This document shows, piece after piece, positions 36,741-50,419 of a stretch of DNA of 64,000 nucleotides. The first letter of the stretch is position 1, and the number at the start of each line of letters is the position of its first letter. This stretch comes from Octopus sinensis. Its lineage: Eukaryota. A model generated the notes under the pieces. That model worked only from the letters and a program-made list of their open reading frames with translations, did not search any database and was not told the DNA's origin. The position numbers and the translations under genes are program-made. Where the stretch lies: positions 27,974,464 to 28,038,463 of the forward strand of contig NC_043011.1 of the NCBI RefSeq assembly GCF_006345805.1, in the 5' to 3' direction.

Positions 36741-37529
36741 GTACGTCTAAGAGAATATTTAGAGATAGATAACGAGAGTAATGCACAGCATTCGCATGTT
36801 TGCTTTCGCAAACTATTACAAGCCTATTCGGAGGCATAACCGTGTTCAATGGAAAGAAGAGAGTTTCGTTGACAGAACGTGACGGAATATTCCTGTATTC
36901 CATTTCTCCTGCAAATATGGCGGGTAACCTTCTACATTATATTTGAAAATATGTCAATCAAACACAGAGAGAAATTAAGAATCGCTGAAAGAAATTTTAC
37001 TTGGCTTATGAAATGATATCTGACGTCACAATCTATAAGCACTGTAAATGCTAAGAGGAATATCTAAGATACTGCATGCTATATTTACACTGGAGTAAAT
37101 AAGGAATAATATCGGTTAATTAAGTGCGATGAGTGTGGAAAGAATATTTGAGCATGTCTTTGTAAGATTTGTTACCATGCACACAAGAACACACTGCAGG
37201 CAAATGCTTGTACGTGGAACCAGATAATTATTCGATTTGTGAATATTTTATAAATGAAGTGAGATTACATTGCCTTTATGATCACAGATCGTGTGTGTGT
37301 GTGTGTGTCTATGTGTGTGAGAATATGTGTGTAAATACACACACACGCATATATGTATATGTATGTGCATCCATGTCTATCAATACGTAGGTCCGTGTGT
37401 TTGTGTTGTGTGTATGTGTGTATGCATGTAAGTATGTAGATATGTATATATACACGCATCTGTATATAGATATACATACATACTTATATACATACATACA
37501 TATAAACATATACACATACATACATACAT

Positions 37530-37532
37530 TTG

Positions 37533-37607
<75 letters not shown>

Positions 37608-37608
37608 T
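37530..37608. repeat. (ACT)n microsatellite
   Basis: Seen directly. Confidence 0.95.
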
Positions 37609-38099
37609 TCATCCAGCCTTAATAGGTGACACAAGGAGATCTCAGAAGTGTACATCGTTTTACAAGTAGCTAAACTGAATTGATGACTGACCAGTTCTAA
37701 CAACTAGCCGTAATTGGTTGACCTTTGACTGGTCGTTGGTTGAAGAGGTGCTTCCGTCAAGATTGTGCTGTGAAGTTTCACTGAATGAAGATCATACGTT
37801 GATGTTACTTCCTATGATTTTGCTGTGGCTTTCTCCTCTCTCTATATATATACTACTGGAGAGTCTATGCTCTCTGACCGGCTTGTTTTTATTCCTGGAC
37901 AACATCTAAATTAACCCACTTACCAACCAACGAACCATGGTAGGGTTGCCGGCTTAGATGCCGAGGACTCGATCATGGGAGAGGTTGTACTGGGCTAAAT
38001 GGTACATACACACCCACATACAAATTCACACACATATATATGTGTGTGTGTGTGTGTATGTGTGTGTGTGTGTGTGAGTGTGTGTGTGTGTTGTTTGAT

Positions 38100-38582
38100 T
38101 CTTTTACTTGTTTCGGTCAATTGAGAGCGGCCTTGCTAGAATACCAACTTAAGGGGTTTTAGTCGAAGAAATCGACCCCAGGACTGATTCTTTGTAACCC
38201 TAGTGCTTATTCTATCGTTCTGTTTTACCGAACTGCTAAGTTATGGAGACATAAAAATACCAGCATCAGTTGTCAAGAGATGGTGGGGGGCACAAACACT
38301 AACACACGTACACATAAATATAAATATATATATCTACGACGGTCTTCCTTCAGTTTCCGTCTAACAAAAACCGCTCGCAAGACATTGGTCGGCCCGAGGC
38401 TACAGTAGAAGACACATGTCCAATACTTAGCGGTTCGGCATTTACAACATTTACAACATTAAGCGGTTCTGCAAAAGAGACCGATACAATAAGTACTAGG
38501 CTTACAAATAGTAAGTCCTGAGGTCGATTTGTTCGACTAAAAGCGGTGTTCAAGCATGGCCGCAGTCAAATGACTGAAACAA
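38100..38582. mobile_element. Two family A SINE pieces back to back (38100-38420 minus; 38428-38582 plus, 3' half)
   Basis: Both match family A. Confidence 0.7.
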
Positions 38583-38590
38583 TATATATA

Positions 38591-38689
<99 letters not shown>

Positions 38690-38731
38690 TATATATATAG
38701 TATATATATATTATATATATATATAATATAT

Positions 38732-38893
38732 GGCGCAGAAGTGGCTGTGTGGTAAGTAGCTTGCTTACCAACCACATGGTTCCAGGTTCAGTCCCACTCT
38801 GTGACACCTTGGCAAGTTTCTTCTACTATAGCCTCGCCTCATACCGACCAAATCCTCGTGAGTGGAAACTGAAGGAAGCCCGTTGTATACATG

Positions 38894-38928
<35 letters not shown>

Positions 38929-39135
38929 TTTTGTGCCTGTGTTTGTCCACCCAACATCGCTGGTGTGTTTATATCCACGTAACTTAGCCGTTCGGCTAAA
39001 GAGACAGATAGAATAATATACTAGGCTTGCAAAGAATAAGTTCCGGAGTCGATTTGCTCGACTAAAGGCGGTGCTCCAGCATGGCCGCAGTCAAATGACT
39101 GAAACAAATAAAAGATAAAAGAAAGAGTAAAAAAG
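38732..39135 (+). mobile_element. SINE family A
   Basis: ggcgcagaagtggctgtgtggtaagtagcttgcttaccaaccacatggttccaggttcagtccc. Confidence 0.85.
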
Positions 39136-40010
39136 ATAGCGAAAACAGAGTATACATAGAATAATTATTGTATTCTATGTATACTCTAGCTTTAAGGGTA
39201 TAGCAAAAGGCTTGGTTGGAGGCCCAACTTTTCGAGTTCTTTTACAGGGCTCAGAAAAACTGAACGACTGCTGTAATAAGTATGTGAATCAGTTGTGTAA
39301 TATACTGAAAAAAACATAGTTAACTGATCCTACTGAATTTTCTTTTTCATGTAAGGGAAAAGAGCAGGTGCATAACTCCGACCGCCTTTAATCCAATTTT
39401 TACGTATGTTTCCATATTCAGCAACACACGACAACCCAGTCTCGCATACGAGCAATCTGTGTTTACTAACGACGGTGGGAATATAGCATCTTTAATATTA
39501 CAACTGAAATCTATGTGATTTGATTGTTTTGCGTCGAGCGCAACCAATCGTTATGGCAAGCACATCAAGTGTTAGAAGTAAATAATTTGCTTATAATTTA
39601 AGCCGAACAACATTTCCAATCAGTTTATTCTTTTATTTTTCGTCTTTTTGCTTAAGGACTTACAGAAGATTTTAGACGAGAAAATTTCTTGCTCAACTTC
39701 TTTGCCAATGCCGAAATGTCCAATTTATGTGCGTTAATTTGATTTCATCTATCGTGTCACGCTTGGTGTAATAAGTATGTAAATTATCAATTTGTTCATG
39801 TTGCCTTTCTTTTTATTAAATTGTGTTTCTTTTAATCACGCACTAAATGCTATGCTCACACACACGCGCGCGTGTGCACACACACGCGCGCGTGAACACA
39901 CACACGTGCGCGTACACACACACTCACATTTATATGTACAAACATATGTAGAGCTATCTAACAATTCATAAATCAAACATTCAATCCATCTATTTATAGG
40001 CATTTATCTG

Positions 40011-40079
<69 letters not shown>

Positions 40080-40091
40080 ATATATATATAT

Positions 40092-40126
<35 letters not shown>

Positions 40127-40209
40127 ATATATATATGTGTGTGTAATGTATGTATGTATGTATATATAATATATATATATATATATTATATATATATACA
40201 TATATATAT

Positions 40210-40258
<49 letters not shown>

Positions 40259-40318
40259 CATACATACATACATACATACAAACATATATATATATATATA
40301 TATACATACATACATATA

Positions 40319-40389
<71 letters not shown>

Positions 40390-40670
40390 TTGAGTAGAAA
40401 AATGGACTATCTTTTTATGGATGATTCGTTTAAGCGATACCTGGGTAGCAAATTCACATCAGAAATAACACGGTTGAAGTTACGTGCCTAGGGCAGAGAC
40501 CACGTGTTTTCGTGTGGAAATTTGTGTGTATTTTTATAAAATTTATGAATAAATGAAAGAATGGAGTTGAACGACAAATTAACATTCAACTGTCATTCAA
40601 CTCCATTCTTTCATTTATTCATAAATTTTATAGAAATATATGTATATATAATATATATATATATATCTAT

Positions 40671-40728
<58 letters not shown>

Positions 40729-40952
40729 GGCCTGGTCGCTTAGTCAGCGCGGTGGCGTCATTCGAAGACTAAAAAATGTGAAGCGCATTGTGACCAGCTA
40801 GGTGTAGCAACATCTGACAACCTGGTTGGTTACCGTGATCACGGTGATATATATCTATACACATATATGTATATATGTATGTATATATATTTCCAGTAAC
40901 GCTGCCGTAATCTCTTTTATAGAGACTTAGTAATTTTAATATTTCTATGTAT

Positions 40953-41063
<111 letters not shown>

Positions 41064-41089
41064 ATATATATATACATACATGTCGTTAA

Positions 41090-41161
<72 letters not shown>

Positions 41162-41478
41162 AATTGTTGTACTTGCAACAGTCCACTAATTAGCTAATTT
41201 AATAATCAGTGATGTGATTAGTTGTTGTTTGATAATTCACCCGATTGGTTTATCAAAGACCTTTCGTCACAGTCTGTAACCTTAACAATTATCTACCCCC
41301 ATTGAACTTCTCATATCTTTGAAAATTAATTTGTCGGATTTCTCCGCCCCCGTATTTATAGATTATAGCGTAATAATTATATGTGGGCGTATCTCGTATT
41401 TAACACGTGCATGTGTATGCAAGAGATTATGTGTTTAGTGTTAGTGTCAGTGTTAGTGTGTGTTTCTGCACGCACGCT

Positions 41479-41510
<32 letters not shown>

Positions 41511-41574
41511 TGTGTGAGTTTACTTGTGTGTTAAGGCTTACTAGTTAGAAGAATTTGTGAAGAAAGTTGGGGCG

Positions 41575-41735
41575 AAGGAGTACAACAGGGATCGCCACTA
41601 CCCCCTGCCGGAGCCTTGTGGAGCTTTTTAGGTGTTTTCGCTCAATAAACACACACACCGCCCGGTCTGGGAATCGAAACCGCGATCCTCTGACTGCGAG
41701 TCTTCTGCCCTAACCACTGGGCCATTGCGCCTCCA
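41575..41735 (-). mobile_element. tRNA-derived SINE, family C
   Basis: Minus strand ggaggcgcaATGGCCCAGTGGttagggc...gcGGTTTCGATTCCcagaccgggcg: clear A and B boxes followed by non-tRNA body. Confidence 0.75.
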
Positions 41736-41740
41736 CATAG

Positions 41741-41798
<58 letters not shown>

Positions 41799-42184
41799 AC
41801 GTACACACACGCACAGACATACATATGTATATACGTATGTATGTATTTACTGAAATGCATACATAAATGCACGCACAAACATATATGCATATATATGTAT
41901 ATGCATTTCTATGCGTAGGTATCTCTATGTGCTTTTCTATTATTATTTGTCAGTGGGGAGACTGCAAGATAATAGATTCATTGCTGCGTTGGACAAAATC
42001 CTCAGCCGAATTTCTTCCGCCCCTTTATTTTTTAAGTTGTAATTCCACAAAGATCGACTTTGCCTTTCGACAATTGGGATCGATAAGATATGTACCTGCT
42101 AAACGATGTAATCAACTTACTTCTCCCTTAAAATTGCTAGCCTTGTGCCAAATTTTGAAACCATTATCATTAATCGTCAAGTGG

Positions 42185-42415
42185 AGGATCGTGGCGCAGT
42201 AGTTAGGATGTTACACTCGTGATCGTAAGATTGTAGTTTCGATTACTGAACTTGGCGACGCGCTGTGTTCTTTAGCAAAACACTTTATTTCACGTTGCTC
42301 CAGTCCACTAAGTTGAGGGAAATGAGTAACCCTGCGACAGAGCGGCGTCCCGTCCAGGTGGGGAATACATACGCCATGGAAACCGGCAAACCGGCCGTTA
42401 TGAGTCGGCGTAACA
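42185..42415 (+). mobile_element. tRNA-derived SINE, family D (degraded)
   Basis: gtggcgcagtagttag..gtttcgatt..gttgctccagtccact..ccctgcgacagagcggcgtcccgtccagg; homologous to 48455-48682. Confidence 0.7.
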
Positions 42416-42789
42416 GCGGGAAGGTAACTTTAACTTAACATTAATCCATAGGAAGTTACGAATGTGAGTCAATGAGTCAAGTGTAGTAAGTTTCGTGAAG
42501 GTATTTATCAGAATGACTTCAAATCTGGGAGCTTGTTTCGTTTCCTGTATGGAGAAGATTTATTCTATAAGGGGAATAAATTCCTAGATTTGAAGTTAGT
42601 TTAATAAAATCCATACGCTGAATGTTCGGTTCTTCAGTCACTTTTGTAACATTCAACTCATTAACAATATTCAATCAGAATTTATACTCATATATTAAGT
42701 GATATTTCTCCTCTTCCTTGTACCAAACTTTCCTGTGCATGTATATAACTATCCATCCATACATACACACACACATATATATATATATA

Positions 42790-42828
<39 letters not shown>

Positions 42829-42895
42829 GTACATATATATATACATATATATATATATACACATATATATATATACATATAATATATATATACAC

Positions 42896-42926
<31 letters not shown>

Positions 42927-43145
42927 ATATATAAATAAATATACATATATATACATACATACATATATATATATATATATCATCATCATCATCATCATTT
43001 AGCGTCCGTTTTCCATGCTAGCATGGGTTGGACGGTTCAACTGGGGTCTGTGAAGCCAGAAGGCTGCATCAGGCCCAGTCTGATCTGGCAGTGTTTCTAC
43101 GGCTGGATGCCCTTCCTAACGCCAACCACTCCGCGAGTGTAGTGG

Positions 43146-43485
43146 GTACTTTTTACGTGCCAAACGCACAGGAGCCAGACGGAGCTGACAAACGGCCACA
43201 AACGGATGGTGCTTTTACGTGCCACCGGCACGGGGGCCAGGCCAGGCTGGCAACGGCCACGAACGGATGGTGCTTTTTACGTGCCACCGGCACGGGGGCC
43301 AGGCGAGACTGGCAACGGCCACGAACGGATGGTGCTTTTTACGTGCCACCGGCACGGGGGCCAGACGAGGCTGGCAACGGCCACGAACGGATGGTGCTTT
43401 TTACGTGTCACCGGCACGGAGGCCAGTCGGGGCGGCGCTGGCAACGGCCACGATCGGATGGTTCGCTTACTTGTCACCGGCACTG
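43146..43485. repeat. GC-rich ~61-62-bp minisatellite (~5.5 copies) inside the RTE 3'UTR
   Basis: Unit ggatggtgctttttacgtgccaccggcacgggggccaggcgagactggcaacggccacgaac. Confidence 0.9.
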
Positions 43486-43702
43486 GTATCACAGCCGCAA
43501 TTTCCATTGATGTTGATCGACTTCAATTTTGGTTCCGCTTTCTGATATCTGATTTGATTTGGTTTGATTTGATTTTGATTTTGATTTTGATTTTCACTTG
43601 CCTCAACGGGTCTTCACAAGTGGAGTTTTGTGTCCCAAGAAGGAAAGGTATGTATAAGTCGACTGGCTGCATACCAGGTAGAGGCCACGGGTTATGGTCT
43701 CA

Positions 43703-45070
43703 CTAGTCTTGCCTGGTCTTCTCACTCACAGCATACTTCCATAGGTCTCGGTCTCTAGTCATTTCCTCAGTGAGACCTAAAGTTCGATGGTCGTGCTTCA
43801 CCACCTCGTCCCAGGTTTTCCTGGGTCTACCTCTTCCACAGGTTCCCTCAACTGCTAGGGTGTGGCACTTGTGCACACAACTATCTTCAGCAATTCTCGT
43901 CACATGACCATACCAGCGCAAACGTCTCTCTTGCACACCACAACTAATGCTTCTTAGGTCCAACTTTTCTCTCAAGGTACTTACACTCTGTCGATTATGA
44001 ACACTGACATTACACATCCATCGGAGCATACTGGCTTCATTTCTTGTGAGCTTACGCATATCCTCAGCAGTCACGGCCCATGTTTCACTACCATGTAGCA
44101 TGGCTGTACGTACACATGCATCATACAGTCTGCCTTTTACTCTGAGCGAGAGGCCTTTTGTCACCAGCAGGGGTAAGAGCTCTCTAAACTTTGCCCAGGC
44201 TATTCTTACTCTAGCAGTTACACTTTCAGCACACCCACCCCCGCTACTGAGTTGGTCACCTAGGTAGCAGAAGCTATCAACTACTTCTAGTTTGTCTCCC
44301 TGGAACGTGGTAGAAGTTGGTCTCTGCACATTTCCAGTGTTTATTGCTCCTGAGCATCTGCCACAGACAAAAACTATTTTCCTAGTTAGCCTTCCTTTGA
44401 CATTGCTGCACCTCTTATGTGTTCATAGCTTACACTTGGTGCACCTTATAGAGTTTCTACCTACACTTTTTTTACGGATCGAGCAGGGCCATCTACTTGA
44501 AGTCGTTTGTGATTGGTCTACCTTCCTACTTATTAGGACTTTAGTTTTGGCTAGGTTGATTCTAAGGCCCTTCGATTCTAATCCTTGCTTCCACACCTGA
44601 AACTTCTCCTCCAGTTCTGATAGTAACTCAGCAATTAGAGCAAGGTCATCAGTATAGAGGAGCTCCCAGGGGCATCCTGTCTTGAATTCCTCCGTTATTG
44701 CCTGGAGGACTATGATAAATAGGAGGGGACTGAGGACTGAACCTTGGTGGACCCCAACCTCTACCCGGAATTCTTCACTGTACTCGTTGCCAACCCTCAC
44801 CTTACTAGCAGCGTCTCTGTACATGGCTCGCACAGCTCTCACTAACCATTCATCTATCCCTAGTTTCCTCATTGACCACCAGATAAGGGATCGGGGGACC
44901 CTGTCGAAGGCTTTCTCCATGTCAACAAAAGCCAAGTACAAGGGCTTATCTTTGGCTAGGTATTTCTCCTGCAGCTGTCTTACCAGGAATATAGCATCAG
45001 TAGTACTTTTCCCTGGCACGAACCCAAACTGCATCTGATCTAAGCTAACTCCCTCTCTAATTAGTTGGGC

Positions 45071-45073
<3 letters not shown>
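43703..45073 (-). pseudogene. RTE ORF (RT with embedded Cys/His PHD-like finger); one premature stop at 44423-44425
   Basis: QFGFVPGKSTTDAIF, AFVDMEKAFDRVP, GVHQGSVLSPLLF, LLYTDDL, FCYLG, RRLRWYGHV, RGRPRKTW; ORFs 44423..45139 and 43703..44329 are in the same frame with no other stop between them. Confidence 0.93.
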
Positions 45074-45120
<47 letters not shown>

Positions 45121-45509
45121 TATATATATACAGATACACATATGTGTATGGATGTGCGTGCGCATTTTTAAAGAGGCACTGGGATATTTCTAACTGGTTG
45201 CAAGCGATGGTTGTGTATGGAGGGGTTATTTTTATTTCCTAAATAACTGCTTATTTAGTCATGTTTGTTTTTGTGTTGTTATAATAAAAAACAATTTTAC
45301 ATTAATCTGAAAGGTTACTTTATACGTTTGAAGAGTACAGATTTATTATTCGTAAACAAGAGTGACTTCTAAGTTGAGAGTGACTTCTAAGTTTCGGCCT
45401 GCAAACCATCGTCGGACTGTGATGTATTAGAGATAGGTTTTCCTTTATATTGTCTCTCAGGCCCTTGTCTCTCATTAGTTAGAATGTTCCTTGGCTGTAT
45501 GTGCATGAT

Positions 45510-46200
45510 TGGTGAAGTATTTTTTTCCGCCCACACTCTATCATTTTTAATGTACACCGAAAATTACATACATTGGGTGTGTACTTCCATTAGCTTCAGT
45601 TTTTATTGAAATAGGAAGTCACAAGCGAAGTATAATTTTCTCATTATTCTTTCTAGGTCCACTCATAGGAAAGTTATTATTACGCTTTCCGTTTCAGCAG
45701 AATCCATATTATAAATGTTATTGTTCGCTCAGCATTTTACAATGTGAATAGAAGAAAGAAACGTTATTATTATTTCTAACCAGATTTTAATATATTATTG
45801 GAATGCTTAGCTTAGTAGTGTATTATGACTTTTATACTCTGGAGAATGGAGTTTGTTTGATTGGTGTGGTAATTTTCTTTCCACCCACATTCTATCATTT
45901 TTAATATACACCGAAAATTAAACGCGTTTGGTGAAGACTCGTATTTGCTTATTCTGTCATTGAATTAGGTAGTCACAAGCGAGATATATTTTTCTCATTA
46001 TGCTATCTTTACGTTAGGAAGGTTATTTTTACATTTTTTCCGTTACAGCAGAGTTCCTTTTTAAAATGTTATAGTTCCTTTAGTAATTCACAATGTGAAT
46101 AGTAGAAAGGAATATTATTATTTCTAATCACGTCTCAGAAAACCATTGGAGTGTTTAGCATAGTAGTTTGTTACGATTTTTATACACTGGACAATGGAAT
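45510..46200. repeat. Old, diverged tandem duplication, period ~354 bp (2 copies)
   Basis: Anchors ctatcatttttaat-tacaccgaaaatta (45538/45892), gtcacaagcga, acaatgtgaatag and ttattatttctaa recur at similar offsets. Confidence 0.75.
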
Positions 46201-47499
46201 CAGCTTAGATAAAAATTACAAAACCTATGCATAGTGTCGAAATTATAATGTTTTCCAGCCTAAGGACCTGAGAGTTAGTCCAGATCTGTGGAGATTAGCT
46301 TATTGTTATTGCATTGTATATGTGATTGTTTATAAGTTTTCTTTTTGGTTAGTTTTTAGTGTAGTTTGTACTCTTCAGTGTGTAGATGTTGCCAGAATTG
46401 TTGCATTTATCTAGACTTTTTTCATTGACAGGAATAAGATTAGATATAGTTTAATATGTTAAGTTTTACATGAGTCTCATACTTATATGGATGTAGATCT
46501 ACCAATCACATTTCATTAGCGCGGTTTCATTAGAATATTAAGTGGTTTGTAGATTTTACTGAATTAGATGGTAGCTAGTTAGAATGGATGGAGATGCACA
46601 CACCTACACAAACACTCTCATAAGCACACACGCACATACATAGGGCCCTGGAAATATACTTCAGAAATACATGTGTATGCGTATAAATATATACACACAT
46701 ACACATAAACACGCGCACATTCAACTCCCCATTGTCACATACACACACGCTCCTTCACACACACGCACGCACAGACACAGACGCACACACATACACACGC
46801 ACTCGCGTTGGTTTGGTGATTCAATTTGCGTGAAAGCAAGTACATTTATCTTGACGAAATAAATAATTGCTTTTAATTACAAATTACTTCTGGCAAAAAC
46901 GATTTAGGATCGTGCACTTCCGTTAGAAACCTAGTGAAGAATTTATTAGCTTACTGCAAACATAAAAAATGAAGTTTAATCGATTTCAATATGAATAAAT
47001 CTACACGAATCAAAAAAGACTAGTATATACAAAAAAATGCATGCATGGCTATATGTCAATTACTGGCAAGGACAAACCATTGCGTTTTGCAACCTTTATA
47101 TGCTATCAAGTATATTACATGTTTTCGAGTCAATATTGTGCCTTGCCTTGTGTTAGCAACGCGATATTTTTGCACCTAAGTTTTTCTCTATAGATTTTCT
47201 ATAGAATCACAGTCTTCAGTGGGAGTTACATCGTTTCGTAGACAAATACGTCTACGTAAACAAAGCAATCCGAGACAAAAAAAAAACAGTTGATAAGCGA
47301 ATATGCATATTTTAAGAGGCATTGATCTTTCATCAGCACCACAACCAATCAATCAGCTACCCACTGATTAATTGTTCAATGTCCACTGTTTCAACAGTGT
47401 GCAACTGAGTCTAAACCAGCAGCCCCTCTAAGTTTGCTTGGTGAAAAGGGTGGATTTTCGATACACTGTGCGTTTAAAAACAAGACCCGGCTGAAGGAT

Positions 47500-48205
47500 C
47501 AGCTCTTTATCGATAATCTAATTATAAGAAATTGCAAGAGAAGACACACAAATCTGAGTATGGCATGGGTTGACTATCGAAAAGGATACGATAGAATACC
47601 ACATTCCTGAGTAATAAGAACAATAGAAATGCGTGGAGTAGCAGAAAATATGAGAAGCCTTATATGGAATAGCATGAAATGGTGGAGAACGGAATAGGCA
47701 GCAGGGAATCAAGTATTAGGTTAGGTGATAATCAGGAGAAGAATCTTCCAGTGGGACAGTGTGTCCCCGCTGAGTTTTGTGTTACGAATGATCCCCTTGA
47801 GTGAAATAGTACAGAAAACGAACGTTTGCTAAGTGGTGAGATGATGAAGGCAATTCAACCTCAATCCAGCTATGAATAGCTGGGAATACTTGAGGCAGAA
47901 GGAGTTAAACACAAAGACATAAAGGAAAAGACAAAAAGAGAGTACCTGCGGCGGTTGAGAAAAATACTGGCTTCAAAGCTGAATCTTAGAAACATAATTT
48001 CGGTAATAAACTCGCGCGCAAGCAGTATGGTGCTGGAATCCAGAAGTGGACAGAGGAGCTAAATGTGATGTAGAGAATGTCAAGAAAGGTCCAAACGATG
48101 CATGGAGCCCATCATCCACGTGCAAACACTGATCGCCTATATGTGAAGAGAGCAACTTGAGGAAGGGAACTCATAAGTGTGGAAGAGTGTGTACGTATCG
48201 AATGC
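47500..48205 (+). mobile_element. Degraded R4/Dong-clade RT fragment with internal deletion
   Basis: [36 protein letters not shown]...IRRRIFQWDSVSPL...LGILEAEGVK...KREYLRRLRKILASKLN...HHPRANTDRLYVKR. Confidence 0.85.
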
Positions 48206-48454
48206 ATTACTTTCATGCATTAATTAAACCATGAATCTTCAGGTTCATATAGTAGTAGTAGTGACAATTATGTACTAGTTCAATCAGAATGGGCATTTAA
48301 CATTCTATCATTTCATTATATTATATTATCTTATATTATTATAAGATTGTAAATAAAACGTTAAAATCAAAGTTGCAGTTTCTTTGAGTAATATATTCTT
48401 CTATACACACCTGTATATATATATATATGTAATAAAAATTATAAATACGCCCTT

Positions 48455-48682
48455 TTAAAGCCTAGCCAGGCTCATGGGTCCGGTTTCCCGGTTTCAATGG
48501 CGTATGTGTTCCCAATCTGGACGGGACGCCAGTCCATCACAACGTTATTCATGTTTGCCAGTTGGGTGGACTGGAGCAACGTGGAATGAAGTGTTTTGCT
48601 CAAGAACACAACGCGTCAGCCGGTCCAGGAATCGAAACCACAACCTTACGATCATGATGCTGAAACACTAGGCCACGCGCCT
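48455..48682 (-). mobile_element. tRNA-derived SINE, family D
   Basis: Minus strand ggaggcgcgtggcctagtg..ggttgtggtttcgattcctggaccggc..gttgctccagtccacccaactg. Confidence 0.75.
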
Positions 48683-48701
48683 CCACACACGCACACACAT
48701 A

Positions 48702-48776
<75 letters not shown>

Positions 48777-48789
48777 ATATATTTATATA

Positions 48790-48915
48790 CATACACGACG
48801 GGCTCCTTTCAGTGTTCATCAACCAAATCCTCTCAGAAGGCATCGGTCGATTCTGGGCATTAGTACAAAACAACTGTCCAATGTGTTAGGCAGTTGTACT
48901 GAACTCAGAACCATT
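48790..48915 (-). mobile_element. SINE family A, 5' half, degraded
   Basis: cgacgggctcctttcagtgttcatcaaccaaatcc. Confidence 0.6.
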
Positions 48916-49710
48916 TGATTCTGATTCTAAGATTTTACTACACACTCATGCCTGCGCCTTGCATGCATGCTTTCATGTTGGGAAAGACACAAGATATAAC
49001 AGAGAGGGAAGAAAGAAAGGAAGATTTTCAGAAATCAGCTTCCCAACTGGGGGCATCTGTCTCTCGTGAAGACAATTCGTTTTATGCATGGCACCAAAAT
49101 CTCTTTTGTTAAATAAAAAAAAAAGCTATAAACGCTAACATGAAGCTCACATACAACCTCATAGTCTATAATATCTCGTAAATTGGTTACAATTTGGTTG
49201 TAGCAGGAAATCAATAAACATAACAATTATGTCCCTAGCAGCTTTTTGTCCACCTGAATTGAATTAATCTCTTTTTATTTCTCTGCCAAAAGAGAATAAT
49301 ATATGAACATTTGAGATCCACAGCGGAATTCTCATATATCATATATTTTATAATATTAATGTTTTATACACTATTTTTATAATAACCTTTATAACTATTT
49401 TGGTTATAAAATTGATAATTGTTTCTGATGTTCTGGAAATGAGTTTCAGCTTTTTTCTGAATATTCAATGCATCTTTGTACTTTGACTTCTGAGAGAAAG
49501 TGTCCTTTTAATCCATTATATTTTTTTAGATCTCTTCAAATTGAATATGCAATACTGTTTACGTTATTTATTATTCGGCTGTTAACCTCCTCTAACACAT
49601 ACAGTTGCTCCCGTCCATATTTGCATTGAAAATATACCGCTAATAAATACCATAAAAATTAAGAGAGCAAATATTTATAGCAAAAAGAATAAACATGTGT
49701 ACGATTATTA

Positions 49711-49779
<69 letters not shown>

Positions 49780-49818
49780 GCGTTATTTTTGTCGTTGTTG
49801 CTGTTGGTGGTGGTGGTG

Positions 49819-49853
<35 letters not shown>

Positions 49854-50419
49854 GACTCTGCTCGCGGATTCAAAGAGGAAGAATGTGTGTTCGTGAGCTG
49901 TAAGATTTTTTTCAATTTTTGCAGATAATATTGTTGTATCCGAAAAGTTTTTACGACATTTATGTTGACGGGCCGACTAAGCTCTTGCTGAGCTGAGCGG
50001 TTAGGTGGGACTTTACCCCTTTTGGGGTGAATTTTCGATTTAAATTCTTGATTTTTTTCATTTTTCAATTTTAAAATTTGCAAAATGTCCTTGGGGAAGC
50101 GTGTCAGATCTTCCTTTCGTTTTGACTTCACCTTTAGGCTGTCTGAAAACAGCCGAAAATGTTTTAAATTTATTGCCTCCGCCCTCTCAGCATCTTTAAA
50201 GGTAGAGAAAGGGAGGACCAAAGTCTTGCTACCACGTGCAACGCTGGGCAACAACAGGAAAAAGAAGAAACGCTGGAAAGAAGAAGAAAAAGAGCAAAGA
50301 AATTCAGCTTTAGGACGCTGCAACACATGTGAATCCAAGCCCTCCACTACCACTACTAATACTAACACATTGAAAACCCAACAACAACAACAACAACAAC
50401 CCAATGCATCAAACCCCCG

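Larger units (their letters stand above)
42981..45073 (-). mobile_element. 5'-truncated, young RTE-clade LINE with (ATG)n 3' tail, inserted in (TA)n
   Basis: RT reading frame plus ~700-bp 3'UTR ending ccaacccatgctagcatggaaaacggacgctaaa(tga)n. Confidence 0.93.

Noticed and set aside
41640-41735. tRNA gene candidate with clear A and B boxes
   Set aside because: No acceptor stem closure or poly-T terminator; continues into a SINE body
43028-43706. Overlapping GC-rich ORFs of 108-166 aa
   Set aside because: Produced by the 61-bp minisatellite in the RTE 3'UTR (antisense to the LINE)
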